In this document: positions 1 to 12,600 of the stretch, piece after piece
How positions within the stretch are numbered: the stretch's first letter is position 1
How the letters are laid out: each line of letters begins with the position of its first letter
NCBI GenBank assembly: GCA_025786725.1
Contig: JAHLTZ010000045.1
Coordinates: forward strand, 62,001 to 126,000
DNA length: 64,000 bases
Source of the DNA: Syncephalis fuscata S228
Lineage: Eukaryota; Fungi; Zoopagomycota
Reading direction: 5' to 3'
Notes under the pieces: model-generated
Seen by the model: the letters and a program-made list of their open reading frames with translations, nothing else
Database searches by the model: none
Told to the model about the DNA's origin: nothing
Made by a program: the position numbers and the translations under genes

Positions 1-1330
1 CTAGTTGGCTGAGTGGACGTGAACGAGTGCCGCCTTGCTTGTTTATGTAAGCCATGGCTGTTGTATTGTCTGTGCGAATCAGAACGGTGCAGTGGTGTAA
101 CTTGGGGAATGCTTGTAGAGTGAGGTGGACGGCCTTTAGTTCTCTCCAATTGATTGAGTGAGCTGCTTCTTCGTGAGTCCATAGGCCTTGAACTGTCCTG
201 TTGCGATAGACGCCTCCCCATCCTTCGTCGCTGGCGTCCACGAATATTGTCTGTGTCGGTGGTGACGACATTAGAGAGCGACCATTCCATTGTGTTAGGT
301 TGTTGTTCCACCATAGTAATTCCTGCCTGCAGTCCTGTGGTAATGTTTGTGGCCTGTCCCATGATGTTGTATCGGTGACATGACTGTTTTTGAAGAACAT
401 TAGGGCCTGTGTGTATAGATTGGCTGGAAAGATCGCTAAGGTCGCTGCTTTTATTCTCATGGTTAGACTGTGTATTAAACGTGGTGTGTGGGACGTACTG
501 TTCAATACTGATTGAATGGATTTGCGCAGACTGCGTATCTTTTTGGATGGTAGACGTATGGTCATTGTATCCGTCTCTATCTGATAGCCAAGATGTTCCA
601 GCTTCTGAGTAGGTGTTAGATGTGATTTGGCTAGTTTGACTATCCAGCCTAAAGACTTGAGTAGATCCAGCACAATGTTGGTGTTGTGTTGCGCTTGTTC
701 TTTCGAGTTGGATATTATTATCCAGTCGTCCAGATATGCTGACACTCGAATTTGGCGTTGGCGTAACCATTTGAGTATTGGCTTGGTTAGTCTGGTGAAT
801 ACCCATGGAACTACTGACAGACCGAATGGAGTCGTTCTGAATTGGAATGTTTGGCCTTCCCATCGAAAACGTAGGTATTGTCGAGACATTTTGTGAACTA
901 GGATGTGCAGAAATGCATCCGAAATGTCTATTGATGTCAGATAGTCGTCTTTTCGTATTAATGATGTTACCTGCTGAATGGTTTCCATCTTGAATTTGGG
1001 TGGATCTATGAATGAGTTGAGAGCTTTCAGGTTGAACACCGGCCTGAAGTCGCCCGTTTTCTTCGGAATAACAAACATGCGGCTGCAAAAACCCGGCGTG
1101 TGAGGTGCTGGTTCTATAGCACGTTTTACAATGAGACTGTTGATTTCTTGCCTGAGTAACTGTCTCTGTTCGGCAGAGAATGGGACTGTAGGAAATTGAC
1201 GAGTGGTTAGAGGTGGATTTTTGTCGAAATGAATACGAAAACCTTCGCGTACAACCGAGTGTACCCATTTGCTGTTGGTTATGCGTTTCCAAATAGTGTA
1301 GAATTGGTGAAGGCGTCCTCCTACTGGCTG
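1..1330 (-). CDS. DIRS reverse transcriptase / RNase H (partial; frame open from 1519 to the window edge)
   Basis: Manual translation: PVGGRLHQFYTIW...SRMFVIPKKTGDFRPVFNLKALN...SIDISDAFLH...FRTTPFGL...AYLDDW (736)...IFVDASDEGWGG (238)...INWRELKAV...IRTDNTTAMAYINKQGG. All motifs lie in one frame. Missing from the ORF track because no stop occurs inside the window. Confidence 0.92.
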
Positions 1331-2070
1331 GTCTGTTGGGACTGGCTTTGGTTGTTGTTGCCGTTGTTGCCGTTTTTGTTCTGTCGTCTGTATCCATTGC
1401 CGTTGTTGTTGCGCCTGTTGTTGTTGTTGTTGTTGCTGTAATTGGATTTTTGTGACCCGCCATTTGCCGCTGACGGGCCTGAACGAAAAAACTGAGACTT
1501 GTGTGTCAGTTTGCGTGGTCTAGCATCTTCAATCGCCTTGCGCTCAGCATGCTGCGAAGTGATTGAGTCGGTGAACGCCTTTGGGTCCATGGTATATCTA
1601 GCAGTATTACCAGTAATTGATGAATACGCTGGGTTAACTGCTTTTGCTGCTAGATTATTTCTGGCGTTATTTAGCGTGCCACATACATGTAATTGTAACG
1701 TTCTGATATCATTAAGTATGGCCATGTACCTCGGGCCTTCTTGTTCGGGGAGAGTTTTCATTAATTCATGGATGAGTACATCCAGTGGTCTGAATACTGC
1801 TGATGCCGCGTATTGTGCGTTCCTGTAGTTTTGGTCCTCCGCTTTCTGTGCAGCTGAAAAGAGCTTCTGTGCTTGTGGAATTGCTAACGGTGGTTTATAA
1901 GCTATACCTTCTATTGGTGGATATCTGTCTATAATCCTCTTTTTACTATCTTCTTCCAATGTTTCTGAGAAAAGATTTGTTTGGGCTAAAGACTCTACAG
2001 CCTGGTAGGTATCAAGTGAAGGAAGCCATTCGTAGGTCTGGCGGACCGGTAGTTCGTGCAGCATGTCCAT
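1321..2070 (-). CDS. DIRS Gag-like ORF1
   Basis: 249-aa ORF immediately upstream of and overlapping the RT frame; RPLD and C-terminal FFRSGP motifs followed by an Asn/Arg-rich tail. Confidence 0.8.
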   Translation of the reverse strand: MDMLHELPVRQTYEWLPSLDTYQAVESLAQTNLFSETLEEDSKKRIIDRYPPIEGIAYKPPLAIPQAQKLFSAAQKAEDQNYRNAQYAASAVFRPLDVLIHELMKTLPEQEGPRYMAILNDIRTLQLHVCGTLNNARNNLAAKAVNPAYSSITGNTARYTMDPKAFTDSITSQHAERKAIEDARPRKLTHKSQFFRSGPSAANGGSQKSNYSNNNNNNRRNNNGNGYRRQNKNGNNGNNNQSQSQQTSQ

Positions 2071-3697
2071 GTTTTTCAGACTAAAAAAAATAAATAAATA
2101 ACTAAAATACTAATTAAGTAACTAAAATACTGAATAGGGAGCACTTATCTTTGGTTGTGACCAAAGCGAAAAGAAAATGATCAAAGAACAATAGATAAGT
2201 CCACAATAGGTGGCATATTTATACTGTAAAGGATGAAAGTTTTTATTTTTCGATATTAATAAAAGAAAATGATAACAGCAATAATAAGGTTTATATTGAG
2301 TAGTCTGAATGAACTACTAAGATTTCCTTAAATTAATTTATTAATGAAAGGAAATTAGTAACAACATACTAACTAATTATTAACTAATTAAATAAAATGA
2401 TTTTGCAGTCATTTAACAGTTTATTAATCGCTATAGTATTTGTTTGTGGTCAAATGATCAAATCTAATAATAATCACACAATTGAACTATACATTCGTCC
2501 TGTTAAACATGAAACTGAGTGGTGAATAGCATCAGTCATCAAAATGCGTTTTATTGCAAATTTAATATTCAGTACGCAGATATCCTCTATTCGCATATAT
2601 CAATATATGATATACTGTTTAAATTACATTTATTATGTACTTTAATACAACCATTCATTCCACTTATTACGCTATATGCAGTATAACATCAACATCATTG
2701 ATTGTACAAGTACCATAATATATTTATTCTAATACACCATTTTATGTTTAAATAGCCTTGTTTGTCCAAAATTGTTTTTTCTTTTTTCTAGCTTTGTTAT
2801 TAATAAAATTTGCCCAGTTTCGCTTATTGGATCATATTGGTAAACCGAAAAATACAAGTATTTGTAACATTATTGCTTTATTAAAAGTATTTATTGGTTG
2901 GAATTGATCAATACCAGTTGACTAAGACTTTGATGATATTTAAGTCAAGTAATAAAATATAGAAATATAGAAATAAAAGATACCAAAAATAAATAAAAAC
3001 GATGTAAATATTAACAGCACAATAATATGAAGATGTAATAATATAACTGTATTTAAAATAGAGTATATATATATACTGAATATATGCATACTGGATAACG
3101 AATCTATGATGATGAGTATTTGATGACTGATGTCACTCACCACCCATCATCATGTTCAATAGATTTGATGTTATCCAATTATTAAATAAATATAAATTTT
3201 AATTTAGTTTGTAATTTGTTTTAATATTTCATAAAATCATTCATATACACATATATATACATGTGCATTGTAAGCAGTAAATTTTGAATTAAATTAAAAA
3301 ATGTACAAAATAAAGTAGAATTATTGATAATTATAAACCTTTTATATAAAATGGACTAATGCGCTAAATTCAAAAATACATAGCTCAACTAGCTAGATTT
3401 CAGTAACATATCAGTAAAGCAGTACATTATAATAATACTTTGGAAGGTGAAAAAATGGACTAATAGCTTAGCAGAATAAAATACTGCTAATGTGTATTTG
3501 TATTATATATGTAGAGCAATACAGTAATTATGTGCATAATAGATTTATTTTTAGCGATTTAACATGGTTATCATACACATTAATTGTGTACATAAAACAT
3601 GTTCGTTATTAAAGTAATAAATTCCAGTAACAATAATTTATTTAATTAAACAATGAACAAAATAAAGTTACCAGTTAATAATTCGTTTGGTCAGTAA

Positions 3698-6600
3698 TTA
3701 TCCAGAGGTTTGCCATTCAGTCTTTTGACCATTGGCCGTAGTCTTGGTATAATACTTGGTCACGGTTACTTTGTCGCCATCTGTTACGGTCTCAGTACGG
3801 ACAACCAAAACAGTACCGTCAGAATCAGTGCTTTCCTCAATGACCTCCTCAACAATTGGACCATCTTCTTCCTCGCCTTCAATAAATTGAACCTCAGAGT
3901 GAGTTGTTTGTTGTTGCTGTTGAGCAGGTGCAGCCACTGTAGTAGCTACTGGAGCTGGAGCTGAAACTGAGACGGTCTCTTGCACCACTGGCTGCTCCTC
4001 AGTAGTTGACCATTCAGATACTACGCCATTCAATGTCTTGGTGAAGTATTTGGTGATACGGCAACTAGTAGCTCCAGTAATGGTCACAGTTCGAATAACA
4101 AGACGGCCACCATCAACGTCAACGGTCTCTTCGATACCTTCTTGCATTGCTTCTCCTACACCAGCTACCGGCTGAGCGGCGACGTTAGCCTGTGCCGTTT
4201 GAGTAATATCAGCAGCAATAGAAATGGTTGCAGTAGCGGCGGCAGTAGCGGCAGCAGCAGCAGCATCAGGACTTGGACCGGCAGGAACAGCAACCCAAAC
4301 ACCATCAGCGTTCAGTTGTTCAACATCACTAGTAACCCATTGGCTTATTTGACCGTTCAAGTTCTTAGTAAAGTACTTGGTAATACGACGAGTATGGCTA
4401 TCGGCAATAGTAACAGTGCGGATTGTCAAATGACCTCCATCAGTATCGGTAGTTTCTTCTGTGGATTCTTGAACAGCATCATTAGCAGCACCAGCTGCAG
4501 CACCGTCTTGAGCATTAGCCGCCGCAGTAGAAGCGGCACCAGCAGGAACGGCTTCCCAAACACCATCAGCATTTAATTGCTCGACATCGCTTGTCATCCA
4601 TTGGCTTATTTGACCGTTCAAGTTCTTAGTAAAGTACTTGGTAATACGACGAGTATGGCTATCGGCAATAGTAACAGTGCGGATTGTCAAATGACCTCCA
4701 TCAGTATCGGTAGTTTCTTCTGTGGATTCTTGAACAGCATCATTAGCAGCACCAGCTGCAGCACCGTCTTGAGCACTAGCCGCCGCAGTAGAAGCGGCAC
4801 CAGCAGGAACGGCTTCCCAAACACCATCAGCATTTAATTGCTCGACATCGCTTGTCATCCATTGGCTTATTTGACCGTTCAAGTTTTTAGTAAAGTACTT
4901 GGTAATACGACGAATATGGCTGTCGGCAACAGTAACAGTGCGGATTGTCAAATGGCCTCCATCAGTATCTGTAGTCTCTTCGGTAGTTTCTTGAGCAGCA
5001 TCATTAGCAGCACCAGTCTCAGGGCCAGGACCAGGTGGCACAACTTCCCAAACGCCTTCAGCATTAAGTCGTTCACTATCGCTAGTAACCCATTGTGTAG
5101 TTTCGCCATTAAGTACCTTGGTATAATATTTTGTAACTTGACGAATATACGTGTCGGCATTAATAACAGTGCGAATGGTTAGCTTACCACCATCAGTATC
5201 GGTCTTTTCTTCAGTAAAATCTTGAACACCAACAGCGGTGTTAGCAGCAGCACCTGCGCCTACGCCAGCAGCAGCTGTTGCGGTTTGACCAATGACACCT
5301 GACGATTGAATGGCTGGTCCGGCTGCTTGTGTAATCTCTTGATGAGCTGCATGGGCTCCAGTCTTGATACTGCCTGATGCGCCAACAACTGACGTCGATC
5401 CATCGGCATTAACAACAATGTCGCCAGCTACTGATGTCTCGCCTTCGGCCTTAGCTACAATTGGTTCAACATCGCTCGTCATCCACTGGGTAACTTGACC
5501 GTTAAGTGTTTTGGTGAAGTATTTGGTAATACGACGAACTTGAGTATCCGATATGATCACAGTGCGAATGGACAAATGGCCGCCATCAGTGTCGGTCTCT
5601 TCTGTGGTAAACTCTTGAATACCACCTGATGGTCCAACAATGGTGACATCTTGTGGAGCAGGTGCAACTGGAGCGGCTGGCTGTTCAAGTGGCTGTTCTT
5701 CAGTATTCGACCATTCAGTGACTTCACCATTCAATGTGCGAGTGTAGTACTTGGTAATGCGGCGGCAACGACGTGTACGAACAGTAACTGTGCGTGTTAC
5801 TAAACGGGCTCCTTCGGCATCAATGGTCTCATCAACTGCTTCTTCCGGCTCTCCAATCACCTCTTCATCAATTTCAGTAGCAGCTGTTGTGGTAGTGCTC
5901 GAGTCTACAACAACATTTTTAGCATCACAGGTAGCTGACTTGGTGACTGCATCAGTGACTGCGCCTACGCCAGCAGCAGCAGTTGTGGTTTGACCAATGA
6001 CACCTGACGATTGAATGGCTGGTCCGGCTGCTTGTGTAATCTCTTGATGAGCTGCATGGGCTCCAGTCTTGATACTGCCTGATGCGCCAACAACTGACGT
6101 CGATCCATCGGCATTAACAACAATGTCGCCAGCTACTGATGTCTCGCCTTCGGCCTTAGCTACAATTGGTTCAACATCGCTCGTCATCCACTGGGTAACT
6201 TGACCGTTAAGTGTTTTGGTGAAGTATTTGGTAATACGACGAACTTGAGTATCCGATATGATCACAGTGCGAATGGACAAATGGCCGCCATCAGTGTCGG
6301 TCTCTTCTGTGGTAAACTCTTGAATACCACCTGATGGTCCAACAATGGTGACATCTTGTGGAGCAGGTGCAACTGGAGCGGCTGGCTGTTCAAGTGGCTG
6401 TTCTTCAGTATTCGACCATTCAGTGACTTCACCATTCAATGTGCGAGTGTAGTACTTGGTAATGCGGCGGCAACGACGTGTACGAACAGTAACTGTGCGT
6501 GTTACTAAACGGGCTCCTTCGGCATCAATGGTCTCATCAACTGCTTCTTCCGGCTCTCCAATCACCTCTTCATCAATTTCAGTAGCAGCTGTTGTGGTAG

Positions 6601-9600
6601 TGCTCGAGTCTACAACAACATTTTTAGCATCACAGGTAGCTGACTTGGTGACTGCATCAGTGACTGCGCCTACGCCAGCAGCAGCTGTTGCGGTTTGACC
6701 AATGACACCTGACGATTGAATGGCTGGTCCGGCTGCTTGTGTAATCTCTTGATGAGCTGCATGGGCTCCAGTCTTGATACTGCCTGATGCGCCAACAACT
6801 GACGTCGATCCATCGGCATTAACAACAATGTCGCCAGCTACTGATGTCTCGCCTTCGGCCTTAGCTACAATTGGTTCAACATCGCTCGTCATCCACTGGG
6901 TAACTTGACCGTTAAGTGTTTTGGTGAAGTATTTGGTAATACGACGAACTTGAGTATCCGATATGATCACAGTGCGAATGGACAAATGGCCGCCATCAGC
7001 GTCGGTCTCTTCTGTGGTAAACTCTTGAATACCACCTGATGGTCCAACAATGGTGACATCTTGTGGAGCAGGTGCAACTGGAGCGGCTGGCTGTTCAAGT
7101 GGCTGTTCTTCAGTATTCGACCATTCAGTGACTTCACCATTCAATGTGCGAGTGTAGTACTTGGTAATGCGGCGGCAACGACGTGTACGAACAGTAACTG
7201 TGCGTGTTACTAAACGGGCTCCTTCGGCATCAATGGTCTCATCAACTGCTTCTTCCGGCTCTCCAATCACCTCTTCATCAATTTCAGTAGCAGCTGTTGT
7301 GGTAGTGCTCGAGTCTACAACAACATTTTTAGCATCACAGGTAGCTGACTTGGTGACTGCATCAGTGACTGCGCCTACGCCAGCAGCAGCAGTTGTGGTT
7401 TGACCAATGACACCTGACGATTGAATGGCTGGTCCGGCTGCTTGTGTAATCTCTTGATGAGCTGCATGGGCTCCAGTCTTGATACTGCCTGATGCGCCAA
7501 CAACTGACGTCGATCCATCGGCATTAACAACAATGTCGCCAGCTACTGATGTCTCGCCTTCGGCCTTAGCTACAATTGGTTCAACATCGCTCGTCATCCA
7601 CTGGGTAACTTGACCGTTAAGTGTTTTGGTGAAGTATTTGGTAATACGACGAACTTGAGTATCCGATATGATCACAGTGCGAATGGACAAATGGCCGCCA
7701 TCAGCGTCGGTCTCTTCTGTGGTAAACTCTTGAATACCACCTGATGGTCCAACAATGGTGACATCTTGTGGAGCAGGTGCAACTAGAGCGGCTGGTTGAC
7801 TATCAGCCTGCTTTTGTTCTTCGACAACGATGTTTTTAGTGGCAGTGGTTTCGGAGCAGCTTGAAGTATCTACATCTACATTCACAGCAGCAGCTTCAGT
7901 TGCAACATCGGAAAGCACTGTCTCCTCAGTAGTTGTGATTATGGTCTTAGACTGCAAATCTGTCTCTTGTCTCGTTGTAGAGCAATCAACTTCCTGAATA
8001 ATAGAAGTATCATGCTGTTCAATTGAAACTGTAGTTGAGTCGACGTGCTCTTCTACTGTAGTAGAAGTTTCTGCCTGGCACTCCACTATAGCACTTGTTT
8101 CTGTCGAAGTTGCAATGTCCTCTGACTCTGTTACAGTCTTCACAATCTCTACTGAGTTATTGGAAGTCTGTATAATAATTGTACAATTAATTCAATATAA
8201 TAAATATATTTACTTATTTACTTACCTCAAACGATTCTTGTTGTTGAGTGTTATTCTTAGTAGCAGAGCTCTTGGAAGAAATGATGGCAGCTCCGGCAGC
8301 AACTCCAGCGACAGCAGCAATACCGGCAACGACAGCAGCCGTTTTAGTCGCACTCGACGTCTTTTTAGTAGTCGATGAAGAACCCGTTGATCTTGTTGAT
8401 TCAATTGGCACTGGTGTAGAGTCGGCTGATTTGGTCGACTCCATCGACGCCGAAGCAGAACCCGTTGATCTAGTTGTTTCAACTGGTACTGGTGTAAGAC
8501 CGGGCTCTTTAGCCATGGCGGGGCGGTTAGAGCGATGACGTCTACGGCGTCTCTTGCCAGTACCTGTGCCACTAGCTTCAGTAGAAGCTGGCTGCTCTCC
8601 AGATTTGGCCTTGCGGTTCTTCTTGGCACGATGCTTCTTGTGACGATGCTGCTTCTTACGACGAAGTCTCTTCTCTTTACGCCGTTCCTCACGTGCAGCC
8701 ACCGCCTCTGGCGACATATCTTTAGGACCATCACCTTCCTCTTCATCGGAAGATATATCCTCACTGTCCAATGAAGCATCAGACAACAATTCCTCGTTGC
8801 TTTCATCAGCATCAGAAAGGCCAATGTCATTTTCGCTATCTTCTTCAGATTCAGGTTCCGGTTCAGGGACAGCAACTGAAGCCTCTGGTTTAGCTGTTAC
8901 AGCGGCCGCAACAGCAGCTGTAGTTGCAGCCACAGCAGTTGCAGCAGCTACAACACCCTTTTGGCCGTGGTTCTTGCGACGGTTCTTCTTCTTCTTCTTT
9001 CGTCGGCCACCAGCGCCACTAGCACCGCCATCGGCACCTTGTGGCAAGTCAGTTTCTGAATCACTTTCCTCCAACTCCTGGCTGTCTGAAGCTGTATCAG
9101 CACCAACTTCAATCTCAACTTCATGCTCCTCAGGCACATCTAAAGCAACTTCAACAACTTCGATCGACTCTTCGCTGCGCTCTACATTCCAAGTCAAAAT
9201 CAATCGATAGATAAAGCGACGTCCAAATCGAACAACAACTTGTTGCTGTTGTGTCTCTTCAGTCTTCGTCTCAGTATCAGCTTCAACCAACACACTACGC
9301 TCAACAGTTCGACCTTCTGCAGTAATCCATACATAGATTGTACGACGAATAAACAGTATACCGCCGCGAGTAATTGAATCGGCAGTGGCCACTTGACGGT
9401 CAATAGATAAATCGGACTCAACCAAATCGACTGTTCTAAAACGCTCCTCGCCAGTAAGTTCATCCCAATAAAGAATCTGCCAAATAACACAGCGACGTCC
9501 GTCGCGAGTAGCAATAATAGCATCGTCAAATTGTTGGTCCGGATATACAGCAGCAATGTGGACTACATCGCGCACAAATTGTTCAGTGGCAACATTCCAA

Positions 9601-12600
9601 CGAACAATAGCTCGGCGTACATATTCTTGTCCAGAGCGAATTAGACAAGTAGGAGCACTTCGAGTTAATTGTGCTCGATCATATGTTACATTGGCACTCT
9701 CAACCAAATACTCGATAGTACGTGTAATAATTGTCAAGGTAATAACGCACCAAATGGTAATTGTACGGCGAATAAAGCGACGACCGTCACGTACCACAAT
9801 CTCTGATGTTACATCAGCATCTGATGAATCGCTATCAGAAGCAATATCAATTTCCTCACGGCGCGTAGTTCTGGTAGTTTCATCCCAAACATAAACAACA
9901 CGACGAAGGAAGCGGCGTCCATTGTGAGTGACTGGCGTTACATGTCGTGCTACTGGATTGCCTGGTCGATTATAGGACTCGTCGGGAACCTCTATCTTAT
10001 CATTAATAAACGATTTAGTTATTACATCCCATCGAATAATGTAACGAATAACATAATAACGACCATTACGCTCTACCGTGGTGACAGTATCTGTGTTTTC
10101 AAGTACATCGTCCGTTATATGAACAAATTCTCGAACTTCACGTTGTTGCTGCACATCCCAGCGAACGACTAGACGCCGTGTAAATGTACGACCTTCAACT
10201 ACAACACCAGATGCAGCTGCCAAAGCATTTGGTTGTGCTGCAACATATGTAAGAGCATTGTAATCGTCGGCATCAATTTCAACGACTTCTTCAATCTCCG
10301 TGGCCTGAACTACACTCCAGCAGTATATAACAATACGAATGAATCGACGACCATTACGAACAACTTCTTCGACTTGCTTCATGGCCAATTGGTCGGCGCT
10401 AATAGAATCGGCAGCAACTTCGATCTCCTCATTAACTTCTTGCTGTTGTGATTCTGACCAACGAGTAATAACACGGCGAATATAGCGCTTGCTGTCATTA
10501 CGAATAATCACATCAGTAGCTCCATTGGAAAATACTTGACCAGTACAATGATAGACATCGTCAGCAGAAAGTTCAACTTCTCTTGAAACAGCTGACTGCG
10601 TGCTGTTATCCCAAAAAGTAACCATATAACGAATAAAGCGTTTTCCATCACGAACTACTATAGCGTCGTTCTCTTCTTCTACAGTAGCGGCTGATTCTAA
10701 ATCGTCCAAAGCAACTTCATATGCCTCATTTACAATTGAGCTAGAAATAATATCCCATCGTGTAAATACTCGACGAACAAATCGTCGCTGCGAACGAACA
10801 ATAATGCCAGATTCAATAGATACATTATAAGCATCTGCTGATAGTGATTGCTCAATGTCTATAGTAGGCAATAACAAGGCGGCTTCTGTAGGTCTATCAG
10901 CTTGAGCTTGGGCAGCTTCTTCAGCAGTCAAATTCATTGGCATGTTAATAGGTTTACGCAGGCTCTTCTTTTCGTCATCAGCTTGCGTAGAATGGTCATG
11001 AACGCCAAATAGCTTGCTAAAGAATCCAGACTTGCGAGACGAGTGTTTCTGTTGTGATAGTAACACACCAGCAATAACCGCACTAGCAGCGGCAGTAGAT
11101 ACTGCCGTGGCAGCCACTGCAGTCGTCAATATAGAGCCGGACTCGGCCTCGACCTTCACCACTTCGTCGGTGACTTGCTGCACTTCATCCACGGCAAGTT
11201 CGACTTCTTCGGTCGCTGTCTTGTTTTCTTCGATGCTCCAGTATGTAAATACACGACGCACGAAGCGGCGGCCATTGCGCTCAACAATCGTCTCGGACTC
11301 GGCATCAACGCTGGCTGCTTCTTTAATGTCTTCTACCGCAACTTCGACTTCTTGCTGCACTTCCTTGTTTTCTTCAACACTCCAGCGAGTAAATACGCGA
11401 CGAACAAACACACGGCCCTGTCGGACAACTACGCCAGATGTTGCAAGTGCCGATGTCGTCTCCGACTCGACCTTAATGACCTCGCCGTGCACTTGCTGCA
11501 CCTCATCGGCAGCTACCTCTACATCTTCGCTAACCATTGCGTTCTGTTCGGTGCACCAACGGCTGATGGTGCGGCGTACGAAGCGGCGGCCATTGCGAAC
11601 GACAATTGCCTCAGAGCTGGCTTCAACGCTTGCGGCTTCTTTAACGTCTTCAACCGCGACTTCAGCTTCACGCTGGACTTCTCGGTTCTCTTCAACGCTC
11701 CACCAAGTGAACACACGACGTACAAACAAGCGGCCATTGCGTACAACTACGCCAGATGTAGCAACAGTGTCGGCTGCTACCACTGTGGCAAGCGTAGAGC
11801 CAGACTCGGCTTCTACTTTAACTACTTCGTCGCTAACTTGCTGGACATCATCCACGGCAATCTCGACCTCGTCAGTGACCGTCTTGTTCTCTTCAGCACT
11901 CCAGCGTGTAAATTGGCGGCGTACAAAGCGACGACCATTGCGCTCAACAATCGATTCAGAGTCGACATCAATACTGGCTGCTTCTTTGACTTCATCGGCA
12001 GCCAACTCGACTTCAACCTGGACCTCTTCGTTCTTTTCAGCGTCCCAACGCGTGAATAGACGACGAATAAACACACGACCATCACGAACGGCTGAGCTAG
12101 CAACAATGGCGACGGCTCCGGTAGCTGCTGCAACACCAACAACGGCAGCTGTCGTGGCTGCAGCGGCACTTGTAGTGATTGCTGTCACAAGTCCACTGCC
12201 GGCTTCCGACTCGACCTTGGTGACCTCGACTGTAGCTTCTTGCACTTCATCCACGGCAAGTTCGACTTCTTCGGTCACCGTTTTGTTTTCTTCGATGCTC
12301 CAGTACGTAAATACACGACGCACAAAGCGGCGGCCATTGCGCTCAACAACCGATTCAGATGTCGACTCGACAGTAGCTGCTTCTTTAATGTCTTCTACCG
12401 CAACTTCGACTTCTTGCTGCACTTCCTTGTTCTCTTCAACACTCCAGCGAGTAAACAAACGACGAACAAATAGACGGCCTTGACGGACTGCAACTCCAGC
12501 TGAAGCTGCTGTGGCAACTGCGGCTTCGGTCAATATGCTGCCAGACTCGGCCTCTACCTTAACCACTTCTTCACTGGCCTGTTGCACCTCATCAACGGCA

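Larger units (their letters stand above)
1..2200 (-). mobile_element. DIRS-type (tyrosine recombinase) retrotransposon, 5' portion; continues off the left edge
   Basis: Gag-like ORF ending in QFFRSGP plus an N/R-rich tail, overlapped by an RT-RNase H frame beginning PVGGRL, a DIRS-style arrangement. The tyrosine recombinase and the exact 5' terminus are not visible. Confidence 0.85.

Noticed and set aside
154-1828. Plus-strand ORFs of 67-109 aa
   Set aside because: Antisense to DIRS gag and RT; no motifs.
2100-2350. DIRS terminal inverted repeat boundary
   Set aside because: The partner repeat lies outside the window, so the terminus cannot be fixed.
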